This document shows, in pieces, positions 41,726 to 57,014 of a stretch of 64,000 nt of DNA. Under the pieces are notes generated by a model. The model saw nothing but the letters and a program-made list of their open reading frames with translations, searched no databases and had not been told where the DNA came from. Source of the DNA: Octopus sinensis (Eukaryota); the NCBI RefSeq assembly GCF_006345805.1, contig NC_043017.1:868001-932000 (forward strand), written 5' to 3'. Within the stretch, counting starts at the first letter, position 1. The number at the start of each line of letters is the position of its first letter. A program made the position numbers and the translations under genes.

Positions 41726-42690
41726 TTTGTCTAAATTTTACAGCAACTAGAAAACCTGTGTATTTTGGGTGTTCTGCAGTGTGAAGCAACCCGAAAACAC
41801 GTGATTGCGCACTGAATTTCATAACATTAAAAGCACGCTTTCCCAGGTCGGTTGTAAAAACTAATCCATATGATTCCTCTCCACCTTTATACCACCACCT
41901 ACACCAACACTGGCTTCAACGCTGCCGCTGCCATCGACTTCACCATCACCATTCATCCTTGCAGTGCTGCACACAATAGAACTCAAATAACTCGTACGTA
42001 TAAATCAGTTGGAATCTTCCGTACATTCGTCGCAACCATAAGAAAGAGATTGAGCATATCAGAGTGTGAATAGCCATAACAGAATTTTGGTGCATTACGA
42101 AAAATTCTATAGTTTCAAATTAAAAAAAAAGAACTAAAAGAAAGCAAACAAAAATAAAACTAAAACAAACCACATATTCACTGTTTTCTTTTTACTAGAC
42201 CTACAGAGTATACGATTATTTTTCTCAAGTCTATCAAATCTTCTTCCGTACTGTTTTTTTCTCTTTTTTTTCTTCGTTTATTTTTTTGACTTCGTTATAT
42301 GTATTTTATCTCCTATCTCTATTCTGCAAGCTTGAAGAAAGAAAATGCTGTTTCTTTTTTTTTTTCGATTTTCTCTTTTTTTTTTTTTTTGCTAATTCTA
42401 TATTCTTATAACAATCAACTGTTTTATTTCTTTTATTTATTTTGCTATTTTTGTTATTTACATTCGGGTCAGATTCACGTAATTCGTTCTTTTCGTTTAT
42501 TTATTTATTTATTTATTTTCTTTTGAATCTCGTTATTGAATCAAGAAGCAAATCTTTGTATTTGGATTGGATAACTGTAAAGGAATAAAAAAATATCAAG
42601 CAGAAAAAAACACAAAAAAACACAAAGAAAAAACTATATAATAAACAACCAACAGGTAATAAAATACAAAATGCAAAGTGTATACTTACA

Positions 42691-42762
<72 letters not shown>

Positions 42763-43664
42763 GCATACTTGTCTATCCATAATGCATACGTACATACGTA
42801 CATACATACTTACATACATACCTACAAACATACATACATCTATGTATCTATCTAGGTCTATATCAACAGAAATATATTTTGGTAAAACATAATATTCTCT
42901 GCGTACTATGAAGAAAGAGAAAAAATATATATAAATCTATTAAGTTAATCAGCCCCCAAAAATATATAAGATGAAAACAAATAGAAAAAATATATATTAT
43001 ATTCATCTAATTCTATGTAATAACTAAGGACTTAATCCTGTTTCAAAGTATAAAAGGCCCCTTTCAAATATCCTTTATCGTATCATACTATACACTTCAA
43101 AGGCTACATTGAAATGTTATTTTCTGTGTTTAATAGCATCCAGTAACCACATTTTATTGCCTCTCCTATCGTTTAGTGACAATAAAACCGTATTGTAATG
43201 ATATATAAAAGACTTGGAAACTTCAGTCATCTCCCAATTTCACACGTGACATAGATGTACAAAGGAAATTATATTCTTTTAGGAGTGGAGGGTAGATTTT
43301 ATTCGGTCAGAAAAGTAGCTGGGTCCTTGTAGTTGTTATTGTTGTTGCCGTTGTTATCTTTGTCGTTGTAGCCCTTCTTATCGATTTTGTTGTGGTTGTA
43401 GTTGTTTAGTCCACAATTGCCAACCTCATATCAACCCTGATCGAGCATTCTCAACAAAACAGGTATGGTGATTGATCTATTGAGCCTTGGTTGTACGGTT
43501 AGGAATTTCGAATTTAGTTTCAAGCAAATATCGCTTCAGGTTCCGTCCGACTGTACAGCAACGCAGTCGTATGCGATTGACTTATATTCGGGATTCTTGC
43601 GTGTCCGTTGTGAATGAAACACGACGCAAAAACATGTATTGACAACAGATTATTATTCAAAGGC

Positions 43665-43695
<31 letters not shown>

Positions 43696-44074
43696 TATAT
43701 ATGAGTGTGTGTGTTTGTGTGTATGTGTGTGTGTATATGTGTGTATATTTGTGTGTGTGTGTCGGTGTGTGTGTGTATGTGGAAAAAAAGTGTCAATATA
43801 AAAATGCTAAAATCATTTTATGAAAAACATTTCACTACCGGTTTGAGTCATCCAGACTTTTTCAACTGTAAGTATGGAAAAAAATTAAATTTTGGGAAAA
43901 TTAATAGAAAAGATTTTAAATGAATATTTACATAGTATAGCATTTTCCTTGTTTCTGCCTGTCTCTGTCTCTCTTGTTTACTCTTGTGGGTTCGAGGTCG
44001 TATATATATATATATATATATGGGAGGGGGTTGTGCGTATATGATTCATATATACAGATATATATATATAATAT

Positions 44075-44110
<36 letters not shown>

Positions 44111-44130
44111 CATAAATACGTTTATATGTG

Positions 44131-44161
<31 letters not shown>

Positions 44162-44214
44162 ATGTATATATGAAACACAATATATATAAATATGTGTGTG
44201 CTACGTATGTATAT

Positions 44215-44305
44215 ATCGTAGCTGTGTTGTGAGAAGCTTGCTTCTTAATGATATAGTACCGGGTTCAGTCCCACTGCGTGCAACCTTGGGCAAGTGTCGT
44301 CTACA
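44215..44305 (+). mobile_element. family-C SINE head fragment
   Basis: CCGGGTTCAGTCCCACTGCGTGCAACCTTGGGCAAGTGTC. A further head fragment lies on the minus strand at about 47940-48080. Confidence 0.8.
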
Positions 44306-46124
44306 ATGTTAAAACTGCCTTAAGTATAGCAGAGACGAAAATATTAGAACGGTGAGAAGTGTGTATTGACAGGGGATACGATTAGTTAAAAACTAAAATG
44401 TTTATGATCCGTTGGGGGTAAAGTTATAATTCAAAGCTCTATAAATTGGAAAAATAGTTGCTTTACTTGAAATATATCCTTTAATCGTATAATTATAGGA
44501 AAATATGTTTTGTTGATATAGCGTTATCATAGGAGAGAAATGCTTATAAAGCCTTCAAAGTAAAGTTACTCTAAGCGTTTGAAATGCATGAGTGATTTTC
44601 AATGCTTATAAGTGCTGGAGAGACCATCCAAATTTACTGTTCTATAATGATATCTGTAGTTTTTGCAGATGTATAATGTTGAATGGTGAAGTGAGAACAG
44701 GTTTTGATGTAACAAAAGAATTACCATTTGATTGAATATTTCATACTACTCTGTTTTATATTCCAGTTAAATTCGGATCATGGGACAACAAATTAAGTCG
44801 TTTTTTGCTGTAAGATATACTGGTGTGAGAAATCACAGGTTTTAAATGAATTTGTTGTTAATCCATTTACCATTTCGATACTGAGTTGACTTTAACAATG
44901 TAAGTCATAAGCGTCAAGCACCTGTAGATTTATGGATGGGCTTGGGGCACAAACCATATCTCACGGGCTGGGTAGGAACAATTATTCCTAAAACCCCTAT
45001 TCATAATGTAGGCCAAAGTAAATGCGTAAAGCGATTATAATACTTTATCACAACCCTGATTGTGTGGCCATTATATAAATTTACAGAATTTTTCTAAAAT
45101 AACAATAATAAAAATGGTGATTTTTAGCGATTTCGCTTCGTACCCACACTAAGCATTGCTGTGGGCTGTGTATTTGATACAGCAGTCTGAATGATTTTCC
45201 TTAGAAATGGAATTATAGTTGATTATAGATATTTGGGGGCGAGTATATTTATAGAGTTGAAGAGCCAAGTGAGAAGAGAAAATGGTTTGCTTGAATAAGA
45301 AGATGTTTAATGCATCTATTAATAAACTTGTGATCTTTATTACTTGGAGCATATATCTTTGTGTTCAGTTTCAAACGATATCTGCAAGAAGAGATGCTTC
45401 TTGATTGAGACTAAACTTTAACCAAAATGACATATTGTTCTGAGTTATTGACGTAAGTTTTTTATTCAAATATATTGTAAATGTACAGTGAATTTCCTTC
45501 ATGCTACATTTAATCCTATGAAGCATTTACGAAAGTATATCTATCGGGAAAGTGATTCGAAATATCTTTGAAATATTATAAAACTAAATCGCTTCTAATA
45601 TTATGAAAGGAATATAGAAATTTGTATATATATATATATTACAAAGACTAAGTTTTATGTAAAGAGATAAAGAAGCATCTTCTTCTGAGCTTCTGTGTTA
45701 CAACTAAGACGTGAATAATAAATAAGCTTGACTCAAGTGTTTGATTAATTCACGATTTATAAAAATGTATGATTGTCTTTCGTTAACTTATCTTTCGTAA
45801 AGTGTTGAGTTCATGTTGATTTAACAAAAGACCAATATCTGTATTTATTTTTGTCAAGAATGTAGGGAAATTTCATGTGTAGGTGGTTAAGTAAGTTGAA
45901 AGCCGATAATGTCGATATTTCTCCGTTGAAACTTTCGAATTCATAATAACATCAAAGTGTGTATTGAACTGCTTTTTCTTTATCCATAGAAGGTTCTGGA
46001 ACAAATCAGCTAGCGATGCATGTAGAATAATCATTTATCTTCTCTTTTAGCTTATACATATTTCAGTTATTGCAAAGGAGCGTTGCTGGGGGCAGGGCCT
46101 TCAAGGTTTTTACTGGAAGAAATC

Positions 46125-47574
<1,450 letters not shown>

Positions 47575-47600
47575 TACATACATATATACATACATATATT

Positions 47601-47636
<36 letters not shown>

Positions 47637-47644
47637 AATATATC

Positions 47645-47744
<100 letters not shown>

Positions 47745-47745
47745 C

Positions 47746-47777
<32 letters not shown>

Positions 47778-48285
47778 TATATATATATATATAGGTGTGT
47801 GTGTATGCTTGTATGTATGTATATCGCTCTTTTTCCGGATGCAAACATACAACACCAAATGTGAAGCAGCGGATATAGTGGACAAATAAGAGCAGAAACA
47901 CATACGCAAGCACTCACTCACACAAACACACACACACATACACGATGGGCTTCCACACAGTTTCTGTCTACTAAATTCACTCAGAAGGCTTTTGCGATGG
48001 TGCTGTGCGGTGGAGCTGAACTCAGTACCGCGTAGTTGCACAATAAACTTCTTATCCACAGAGACTTGCTTGCGCCTGTAAGGAAACCCAACCATCCACA
48101 GAATGTCGATGTTTGAGATTGAAACAGAGATCTTTAGATTTTCAATCCAACGTTAAGTGACAGATTCCAAGCTTACGAATTCTTGGTATCAAATGCAAAA
48201 GTCTTTAACATAATATTAAATGAATTTAGGTTCTTCTATGCGGCGTAAGCAATTTAAAACAGTTGATCACTGCGATTGAATTATA

Positions 48286-48552
48286 CGAGAATTGCTGAAG
48301 CATGGAACAAACTGCCGGCATCAGTTGTTAGTTGTCGGAGCACTGCATCCTTCAAAACTTCCATGCTTCCTGAGATTCACCAACGATACACCTGATTTTC
48401 TCTCCTCCATACACACGCAAGCATCTATCTGACTCATACACTGTTCACTTTGCAGACATTTGTACATTACTGCATATGCTTTATATGCACTTTCACAAGT
48501 TGTAGTGCACCTGAGAACTGTGTACAATAATTTCATTATTATTATTATTATT
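48286..48552 (+). mobile_element. CR1/L2-type LINE 3' end
   Basis: RIAEAWNKLPASVVSCRSTASFKTSMLPEIHQRYT* (stop at 48393-48395), then a 3' UTR and an (ATT)n tail. Confidence 0.8.
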
Positions 48553-49013
48553 TAAATGAAAGAAGAAAGCTATTGGGGTGGGCGTGGGGAATAACACGAT
48601 GCATTCACATTTGAATAATTTCTGTAGGTGTTGTTTACTGTAGTCTAACAAAATTCAATTTATCCAAGATATTCTACTTTACACTGCTCGTGCAGAAAAA
48701 TATTTATTAAGAAATCAAACACACTCTTTACGAAATCACCATATGCAAATTAATCTAGCTATTTAAGCTAAGAATTAGTGCATGTGTGATTCAAATAGTA
48801 ATTGCTATGATTTCGTAATCAAAGAAGGTACAAGTAGTCATCCAATGGAGAGCCGCTAGTTAACTGTGAAAAGTATCCGAACATTCTCTTTTGATTTCTG
48901 TTCACGAAAGAAAGAAATATATTCTCTTCTGTACACGCCACAATGCAGATAGTAAAATTCTGCAAAGTACACAAACTCTCTCCCACTCTCTCACACACAC
49001 TACTCATATATAT

Positions 49014-49392
49014 ATTCTTTTATTTGTTTCAGTCATTTGACTGCGGCTATGCTGGAGAACAGCCTTTAGTCGAGAAAATCGACCCCAGACCTTATTCTTT
49101 GTAAGCGTAGTACTTATTCTATCGGTCTCTTATGCCGAAGCGCTAAGTTACAGGGACGTAAACACACCGCCATGTTGGGGGGACAAACGCAGACACAGAA
49201 ACACACACACCTATATACATATACATATATACGATGGCTTCTTTCAGTTTCTGCCTACCAAATCCACACACAAGGCTTTGGTCGGCTCGAAGCTATAGTA
49301 GAAGACACTTGCCCAAGGTGCCATGCAGTGATACTGAACCCGGAACCATGTGGTAGGTAAGCTTCTACCTAACAGACAGCCACGCCTGCGCC
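49014..49392 (-). mobile_element. full-length family-C composite SINE
   Basis: 3' module, short (about 35 bp) microsatellite core, and head ending CCACGCCTGCGCC. Confidence 0.88.
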
Positions 49393-49399
49393 TATATAT

Positions 49400-49406
49400 A
49401 TATATG

Positions 49407-49498
<92 letters not shown>

Positions 49499-50488
49499 GT
49501 GTGTGTGTATGTGCATGCATATGTTTGTGTGTCTCTGTTTGTCCCCCCAACATTATATATATAATATGTACGTATATGTATATAACGCAGCTATATCCTG
49601 AAACGGGTCACCAACTTGCATAACATTAAAGCAATATTAGCGAGATAGATCCACGAAATACAAAATGTGGCTAGTAAAGAAATGGGTATTTCGTCTGTCT
49701 TTACGTTGTGAGTTCTAATTCTGCCGAGGTCAACTTTGCCTTTCATACTTTCGAGGTGGATGAATTAAGTACCAGTTGCGTACTGGGGGCGATCTAATTT
49801 CGAGCTTTGTGCCTACAGTAGAAAAGAATGACTACACCTAAAGCAATCTGTTTTTCGTGAACATTTAACATACCACGGCGTTTACCCAAATTTATTCTTT
49901 CGCTTGTATGGACGTCCAAAAATCTTACGTAGACCACCAGTGGCAATATGGCTGCTGGTTGAGAACCACAATGTTAATGCGTTAAATTCTAACGTAATAA
50001 CCCTCCCCCCCCCCCCCCCGTGCACCACTATTACAATGATAGGAGCGCACAGAATAATCAACAATGACTAAAAGAAGTAAATATGTTGAATGTTTCATGT
50101 TGAAAATAGTAAAGTTTTACTTGGAATATAATAACTGTGTCGTTGTCTGATATATCATTGTGTAAGCACAAAAACTGATCGGAAACTGGCAAGAGAGGGA
50201 AAGTAACTTGTAAAATGTTTTTGAAACTCTTTGATCATTTACCAATAAAATTATAAAACATTCATTCCTTTTAAATTTTACATAAAGTCACCATAAAACG
50301 TATAGAATGTATAGTGCGTGTTTTATTAAATATACATTAAATTATTTAAAAATATTTAAGGGTCAGTAACTTTCAATAAAACATTAACTGTTATGTGTAT
50401 ATATGAGTTTTGGTATGTTATATAATAATATTAGTATATATATATATATTATATATATATATATAGATATATATATATAATATATATA

Positions 50489-50548
<60 letters not shown>

Positions 50549-51500
50549 GTGTGTGTGTATGTGCATGCATATGTTTGTGTGTCTCTGTTTGTCCCCCCAA
50601 CATTATATATATATAATATGTACGTATATGTATATAACGCAGCTATATCCTGAAACGGGTCACCAACTTGCATAACATTAAAGCAATATTAGCGAGATAG
50701 ATCCACGAAATACAAAATGTGGCTAGTAAAGAAATGGGTATTTCGTCTGTCTTTACGTTGTGAGTTCTAATTCTGCCGAGGTCAACTTTGCCTTTCATAC
50801 TTTCGAGGTGGATGAATTAAGTACCAGTTGCGTACTGGGGGCGATCTAATTTCGAGCTTTGTGCCTACAGTAGAAAAGAATGACTACACCTAAAGCAATC
50901 TGTTTTTCGTGAACATTTAACATACCACGGCGTTTACCCAAATTTATTCTTTCGCTTGTATGGACGTCCAAAAATCTTACGTAGACCACCAGTGGCAATA
51001 TGGCTGCTGGTTGAGAACCACAATGTTAATGCGTTAAATTCTAACGTAATAACCCTCCCCCACCCCCCACCGTGCACCACTATTACAATGATAGGAGCGC
51101 ACAGAATAATCAACAATGACTAAAAGAAGTAAATATGTTGAATGTTTCATGTTGAAAATAGTAAAGTTTTACTTGGAATATAATAACTGTGTCGTTGTCT
51201 GATATATCATTGTGTAAGCACAAAAACTGATCGGAAACTGGCAAGAGAGGGAAAGTAAACTTGTAAAATGTTTTTGAAACTCTTTGATCATTTACCAATA
51301 AAATTATAAAACATTCATTCCTTTTAAATTTTACATAAAGTCACCATAAAACGTATAGAATGTATAGTGCGTGTTTTATTAAATATACATTAAATTATTT
51401 AAAAATATTTAACGGGTCAGTAACTTTCAATAAAACATTAACTGTTATGTGTATATATGAGTTTTGGTATGTTATATAATAATATTAGTATATATATATA
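49400..51500. repeat. tandem duplication, unit about 1050-1053 bp, two copies
   Basis: 49531 corresponds to 50581 and 49981 to 51033. Copies are nearly identical and the breakpoints fall in (TA)n. Each copy holds a family-B SINE core and a hAT-like end GGTTGAGAACCAC. Confidence 0.95.
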
Positions 51501-51544
51501 TATAGATATATATATATAATATATTTATATATGTATAAATATGT

Positions 51545-51765
51545 ATATATCTATGTGTCTGTGTTTGTTACCCCATCATCGCTTGACAACGAATTTTGCT
51601 GTGTTTACGTCCCCGTAACTTAGCAGTTTGGCATGAGAGTTCGATAGAATAAGTACTAGGCTTACAAAGAATAAGTTCTGGGGTCGATTTGTTCGACTTA
51701 AAGCGGAACTCCATCACGTCCGCATCCAAATGACTGAAACAAGTAAAAGAATAAAAGTATATATA
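51545..51765 (+). mobile_element. family-C SINE 3' module
   Basis: GTGTTTACGTCCCCGTAACTTAGC...AAATGACTGAAACAAGTAAAAGAATAAAAG. Confidence 0.85.
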
Positions 51766-52504
51766 TATATATTATTTATGAACAAGAATATTATTGTATG
51801 CGATATCGAAATTTCGGCCAGATAAGTCATCGAGTTTTCGGTCGAAACTTTGAAGTTACTGTCAATAATATTCTTCCTTAAGAATAGTAAATTTGTATTC
51901 TACTAATGTCTGGAGAAACGGATTAGATTAATGCGAAGATGTTTTTATTAGTACTGAACATAAAAACAGATGGTAATAAATATAAACGTGTGTGTGTGTG
52001 TGTTTGCGCGCATAGTATACGTGTTTAAGTGTATATACATATGTGTGTGTTTGTGTGTGTATGTGTGTGTGTATAGATATAGAAAATAAGAAGAACGACT
52101 AACAAACTCCCTATTACTGTATGAACACCTGTATTCGTGGAGGGATTTAATAAGTTAAACTGCATGGTTAACACCCGAATGAAATTATAAACCTACAGGA
52201 TGTTCAGAAAGCGGAACGTCTGAATGTGTCGTTGGCTTTGAAGAGCGTAAGTGTTAAAGTTGTAGTTGGGAAAATGTTACCTCTCATGGAGATCTGGAAC
52301 ATCCAAATATCGGAAAAGAGTTGCATGTATCATAATGATTCCTACCCAGTATCAAAATGAAGACTGCTCAGCCGTCTGTGAGTATTGTACACATTTGAAG
52401 ATGTGATAGCCAGCTGCAATGGAGAATACTAAGCTGTGGTCAACAGGCAGAGACACAACCGGCGATCTGATTTCATCCGAACGTCTGGATTCGTCTAACA
52501 ATAG

Positions 52505-53010
52505 ATGATCATGGTCTTTGGCTCAATTTAGATAGTTATGTGGACTTCTGGGGATTGTGGCCAAACACTGGCTAGAGGGCGTTGTAAGGCCATATATGTG
52601 ACAGGATTATTCATTTCCAACTGATCAATACTCACTGAAACATTAGTAAGTGGTTGCCGGGTTGTCTCTACATTTCCGACAGCCCAATCTTTTGGCCTTT
52701 TACGACATCCCCATTTTAATTACATGGATCATTGTGTGGGCTGCGATTAAGGAAGACAACAACGGCCGAGCTGGTGACCAAGGTCAAGGAGCTGTTCGAA
52801 GACATTCTCAGAGACTCACTGAAGGAACATATGCGTCAGATTTCAGAACCCTCTTGAGATCATATTGGAAGTTGAAGGCGGCTACTTTGAGTAAACTGTT
52901 ACCTCCTAGCTGGGCATAATATAGTTGATGCGTCTTGATTACGGATGGGATATTGTTTTCATTTCCTTTTATGACAACCATCAAATTTCCCGAAAAAATG
53001 CAGACGCATA
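52505..53010 (+). mobile_element. decayed maT/DD37D transposase C-terminal relic
   Basis: Across frameshifts: HGLWLNLDSYV.LLGIVAKHWLEGVVRPYM*QD...FWP...[21 protein letters not shown]...[18 protein letters not shown]. Confidence 0.65.
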
Positions 53011-53023
53011 CACACAACACTCG

Positions 53024-53105
<82 letters not shown>

Positions 53106-53150
53106 TATATGTGTATGTATGTATATATTGCATATATATATATATATATA

Positions 53151-53487
53151 GAAGGCGCATGGCCAGTGGTTAGAGCGTCGAGCTTACGATCGTGAGGTTG
53201 TGAGCTCGAATCCCGGACGGGCTGCGTGTTGTGTTCTTGAGCAAGGCACTTTATTTCACGTTGCTCCAGTTCACTCAGCTGTAGAAATGAGTTGCGACGT
53301 CACTGTTGCCAAGCTGTATCGACCTTTGGTCTTTCCTTGGATAACACTGGTGGCGTGGAGAGGGGAGGCTGGTATGCATGGGCGACTGCTGGTCTTCCAT
53401 AAACAACCTTGCCCGGACTTGTATCTAGGAGGGTAACTTTCTAGGTGCAATCCCATGGTCATTCATGACCGAAGGGGGTCTTTACCC
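53151..53487 (+). mobile_element. tRNA-derived SINE, full length and young-looking (family A head)
   Basis: A box TGGCCAGTGG, B-box-like GCTCGAATCCC, CORE-like TTGAGCAAGGCACTTTATTTCACGTTGCTCCAG. Flanked by (TA)n on both sides. Confidence 0.88.
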
Positions 53488-53546
53488 TATATATATATAT
53501 AGTGTATATTATATGCTTATATGTATATATATATATATATATATAA

Positions 53547-53597
<51 letters not shown>

Positions 53598-53841
53598 ATA
53601 TACATATATATATACATATATTTACATATATTTACACACACATATATGAATGTATCGTGTGGAAGCTCATTAAAGAACATATCGTATAGAATTTATTGAA
53701 ATATATACAGTAAGCATTTCACTAAATTCTAATGAAGCAATTAATATTCTGTTAAATGATGACTCATACTAATATTGGAACGAAAACCGCAGTCATCAGA
53801 CATAAAATTAGTCCAGACGTATGTATGTACGTATGTATGTA

Positions 53842-54404
53842 TTGGGTTGTCCGGAAAGTTCATGCCGATTTATAGTAGCTTACCTTTTGACTTATTTTAG
53901 AACATGGTTGAGTTCGTAAAATAGGATTTGACTACACTTCCATTTAGAGCATAGTTCAAGCTATCTTTTCGTGGAAGAAGGTTTATGTTCCTATAACCTC
54001 TGTATATTCTGTAACCCTTTAAAATGGAAGATAAGAAAGTTCACTTTCGGCACTTGATGCTTTGGGAACCAGACAAAAATTGCTGCAATTCGGCTGAAAT
54101 GTGTCACCCCACCCTCCATATTCACCAGATACTGCTCCTTCGGATTTCCACTTATTCAGGTCTCTGCAGAATAGTCTTAATGGTAAAAATTTCAATTCCT
54201 TGGATGAAGTAAAACGATACCTTGAATTCATTGCCATGAAACTTCCTCAATTCTGGGAAGAGGGTATTTTCAAGTTAAAGGAAAGATGGAGACACATTGT
54301 ACAACAAAATGGTTCATATTTGGTTGATTAAAAATGTAATGTCAAGTATTTATTGACCTTTTTCTTTCCTTTAAAAAACTGCATGAACTTTCCGGACAAC
54401 CCAA
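53842..54404 (+). mobile_element. internally deleted mariner (mellifera-like), 563 bp
   Basis: TIRs TTGGGTTGTCCGGAAAGTTCATGC / GCATGAACTTTCCGGACAACCCAA, with TA on the left and CA on the right. MEDKKVHFRHLMLWE is fused directly to TRQKLLQFG*NVSPHPPYSPDTAPSDFHLFRSLQ...RWRHIVQQNGSYLVD*. Confidence 0.92.
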
Positions 54405-54429
54405 CATGTCCTCTGTCTCTCTTAAATTT

Positions 54430-55200
54430 TGACCGGCCATCTGCTACTTGATAGCGATGATGTGAAGGGAAGTATTTTTGGGTAGCCATCATCATTTAGA
54501 AATTCAGAAGTTCATGCAGATATTTCTAGTCCCAGATATGTCGATCATTTGCAGCCTATGAATTAAGGATTTGCATTTGCTTTCCAAGATCACAAGCTTA
54601 ACCACACTTTGTTCCAGACCGGTTGCTATATTCACCGTTGCTCCAACAATAACAGGTGTGAAGCTGAAAGTGTGTCTTGGTAATGGATTTGCAAACTCCT
54701 TGTTACTGGTGCATACATGTTCTCTCTCTCTTCTATTTCTCTCGTGTATTTTCCAATTCGTGTCCAGAGATGAACTGATTTCCACAACAGAATCTATTTT
54801 ACTTTTCTGGTCTCACACAATGATATCTCGCCGTTTTTTTCTTGGTGAATATTTTAATTTCTAAGTTCAAACAACACTCCATTAATCCATCGGTCTCAAT
54901 ATGCTCATCTTCGTTGCAGATGTTTCCATGTTTGTTATCCTGTTTCAGAATCTTCTAGCCGCCGCATTTTGTCGCAAGGGAAGATGATATTTGCAACCAT
55001 TTTCTCACGACTAACGATAATGTGGTTGACGTTTTCATTCCTGGTTTTGCAAAGCCGACATTTATTGTCTGTCAACATTTTCGACCTTTTATGCTGTAGA
55101 CATTTACTGGAAATCTTTTGTTCTTGTGTTGCAAGTGTGTAGGCTTCAAAGTGAGATGTCATAAACTTGTCTGTACTATATGCCAGTCCACTTTTGTATG
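54430..55200 (-). mobile_element. R4/Dong-like non-LTR retrotransposon 3' fragment (zinc knuckle plus restriction-like endonuclease)
   Basis: EAYTLATQEQKI...DNKCRLCKTRNENVNHII (CCHC-like), RRDIIV*DQKSKIDSVVEISSSLDTN (PD-(D/E)xK-like), and TPVIVGATVNI...LIHRLQMIDISGT. Confidence 0.78.
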
Positions 55201-55202
55201 TA

Positions 55203-55800
55203 CAGGTTGTCCAAGAAAGATTTAGCCATTCGTATTTCGTAATCATTCAAAACAAAATTAAGGGAGTATAATGGAATTAGGCACATGCATTATTATGTAA
55301 ATTGTCAATCTATTGCAGTAATTATATTTCCCTTTGGCAATGGCCTGCAGACGAGTAGTCACTGAGTTGCATGAGCTCCGTACCAACTCTTCATTAAAAC
55401 TGACACATGAAGACAGAAGGGTTTTGTTCAGATCATTTGAATAGGGTCGAGCAGAATCATTACTTCCGGAGATAGCAAAGTCTATGACATTGATGTCTGG
55501 ACTTGAGGCAGGCCATATCGCCTTGTCCCCAAACCACCGAAATGCTCTTTGCACCCCTCCGTGTCAAATTCGATGTGTGAGCCAGAGCCCTGTCTAGAGC
55601 GAAGATATAACACTCACCAAAGATTTCTGTGACTCGGGGTAACATTTTCCCATCTACCATTACCACTAAACATCACTCTTGACATTGACGCCCAGCATCT
55701 ATGAAGATGAAGGGAGACTTGGACCCATCAGATTCCACTTCAGCCCACACCATGAATGAAACGGACTTCTGACGGAGTAAGTGACTCCTGCTACCTACGA
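55203..55800 (-). mobile_element. maT/DD37D transposon, one end plus catalytic C-terminal half
   Basis: TA followed by CAGGTTGTCC end. RQKSVSFMVWAEV...YIFALDRALAHTSNLT...DKAIWPASSPDINVIDFAI. There are 109 nt between the Asp codons at 55592-55594 and 55480-55482, which equals 37 codons minus two 1-nt deletions. Confidence 0.8.
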
Positions 55801-56439
55801 AAATGCCAATTTAAGGTGACTGACAGTAGGATTGATCTCAGACCCACAGGTTACAAAGAGAGCATCTTCGCAACACATACCCACACAAATCTAATACTTG
55901 TAGATACGCTTAATGCAATAAATGTACTTTTGCTACATGTAAACATGAGAACAATATATTGCATATTCACGAGAAAAATCTATAGCATATATCATATTAT
56001 AACTTGCAAATGATTAACAGATCTGCAATATACAACCATTAGCCGTTGTCCTTTTCATTTGATAGCAATCAGAAAAACATATAACAATATTAACGGTAAT
56101 TTGTAAGTATTATTATATAATTTAGCATATTAATCCGTTATTTTTGATATATGATAGTTTCGCATGCGAACGAGAAGACAGACGTTTGGCAAACGTGAAA
56201 GGCGCAGAAAGCCTTGTTGCCAATGACGATTATACCAGCGAGTTGCTGTTATTCAATTCGTTACTAATATTCTCTTATTCCCCCGAGTAACATTATTACA
56301 ATGCAGCTATCTCAAGATCGCATCATATCTCCACTAACTAAGAGGTGGAAATATGATGCAAATTTCAAGTTAAAAAGCAATAAATATTGAAAAGAAACAT
56401 AATATCCGTGTTGCTACTGTATCATGTTCTGTAAGCAAT

Positions 56440-56690
56440 AAAATATGATTGGAGGCTGGAGAGAACACAAAGTTTGAAAGCGCTTTAGAAATGCTTTGAT
56501 CATTTGCCAATAAAATTATAAAGCATTCATTTGTTTTACATTATATATAAAATCACAACTCATCATAGAATCTATTGTATAATATTGTATGCTTCTTTTT
56601 CTTTTCATTAAATATACATTAAATTATTTTAAACTGTTTAACAGGTCAGCAATTGACAATAACACATTAACCTTTATATATAGCAACATA
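56440..56690 (+). repeat. diverged dispersed repeat related to the duplicated segment at 50190-50400
   Basis: Shares CTTTGATCATTT(A/G)CCAATAAAATTATAAA and ATTAAATATACATTAAATTATTT blocks. Unclassified. Confidence 0.7.
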
Positions 56691-56830
56691 TACACATATG
56701 CATATACGTACATCTCTCTATCTATCTCTATCTATCTAAATATATATATATATATACACAAAACACACACGACTATATATATGTATATATATACATGTAT
56801 ATATATATATATGTATGTATATATTTATAT

Positions 56831-56861
<31 letters not shown>

Positions 56862-56958
56862 GTATCTATATATATATATATATATATTATATATATGTAT
56901 ATATATATGTATATATATACATGTATATATATATATATATATGTATCTATATATATAT

Positions 56959-57014
<56 letters not shown>

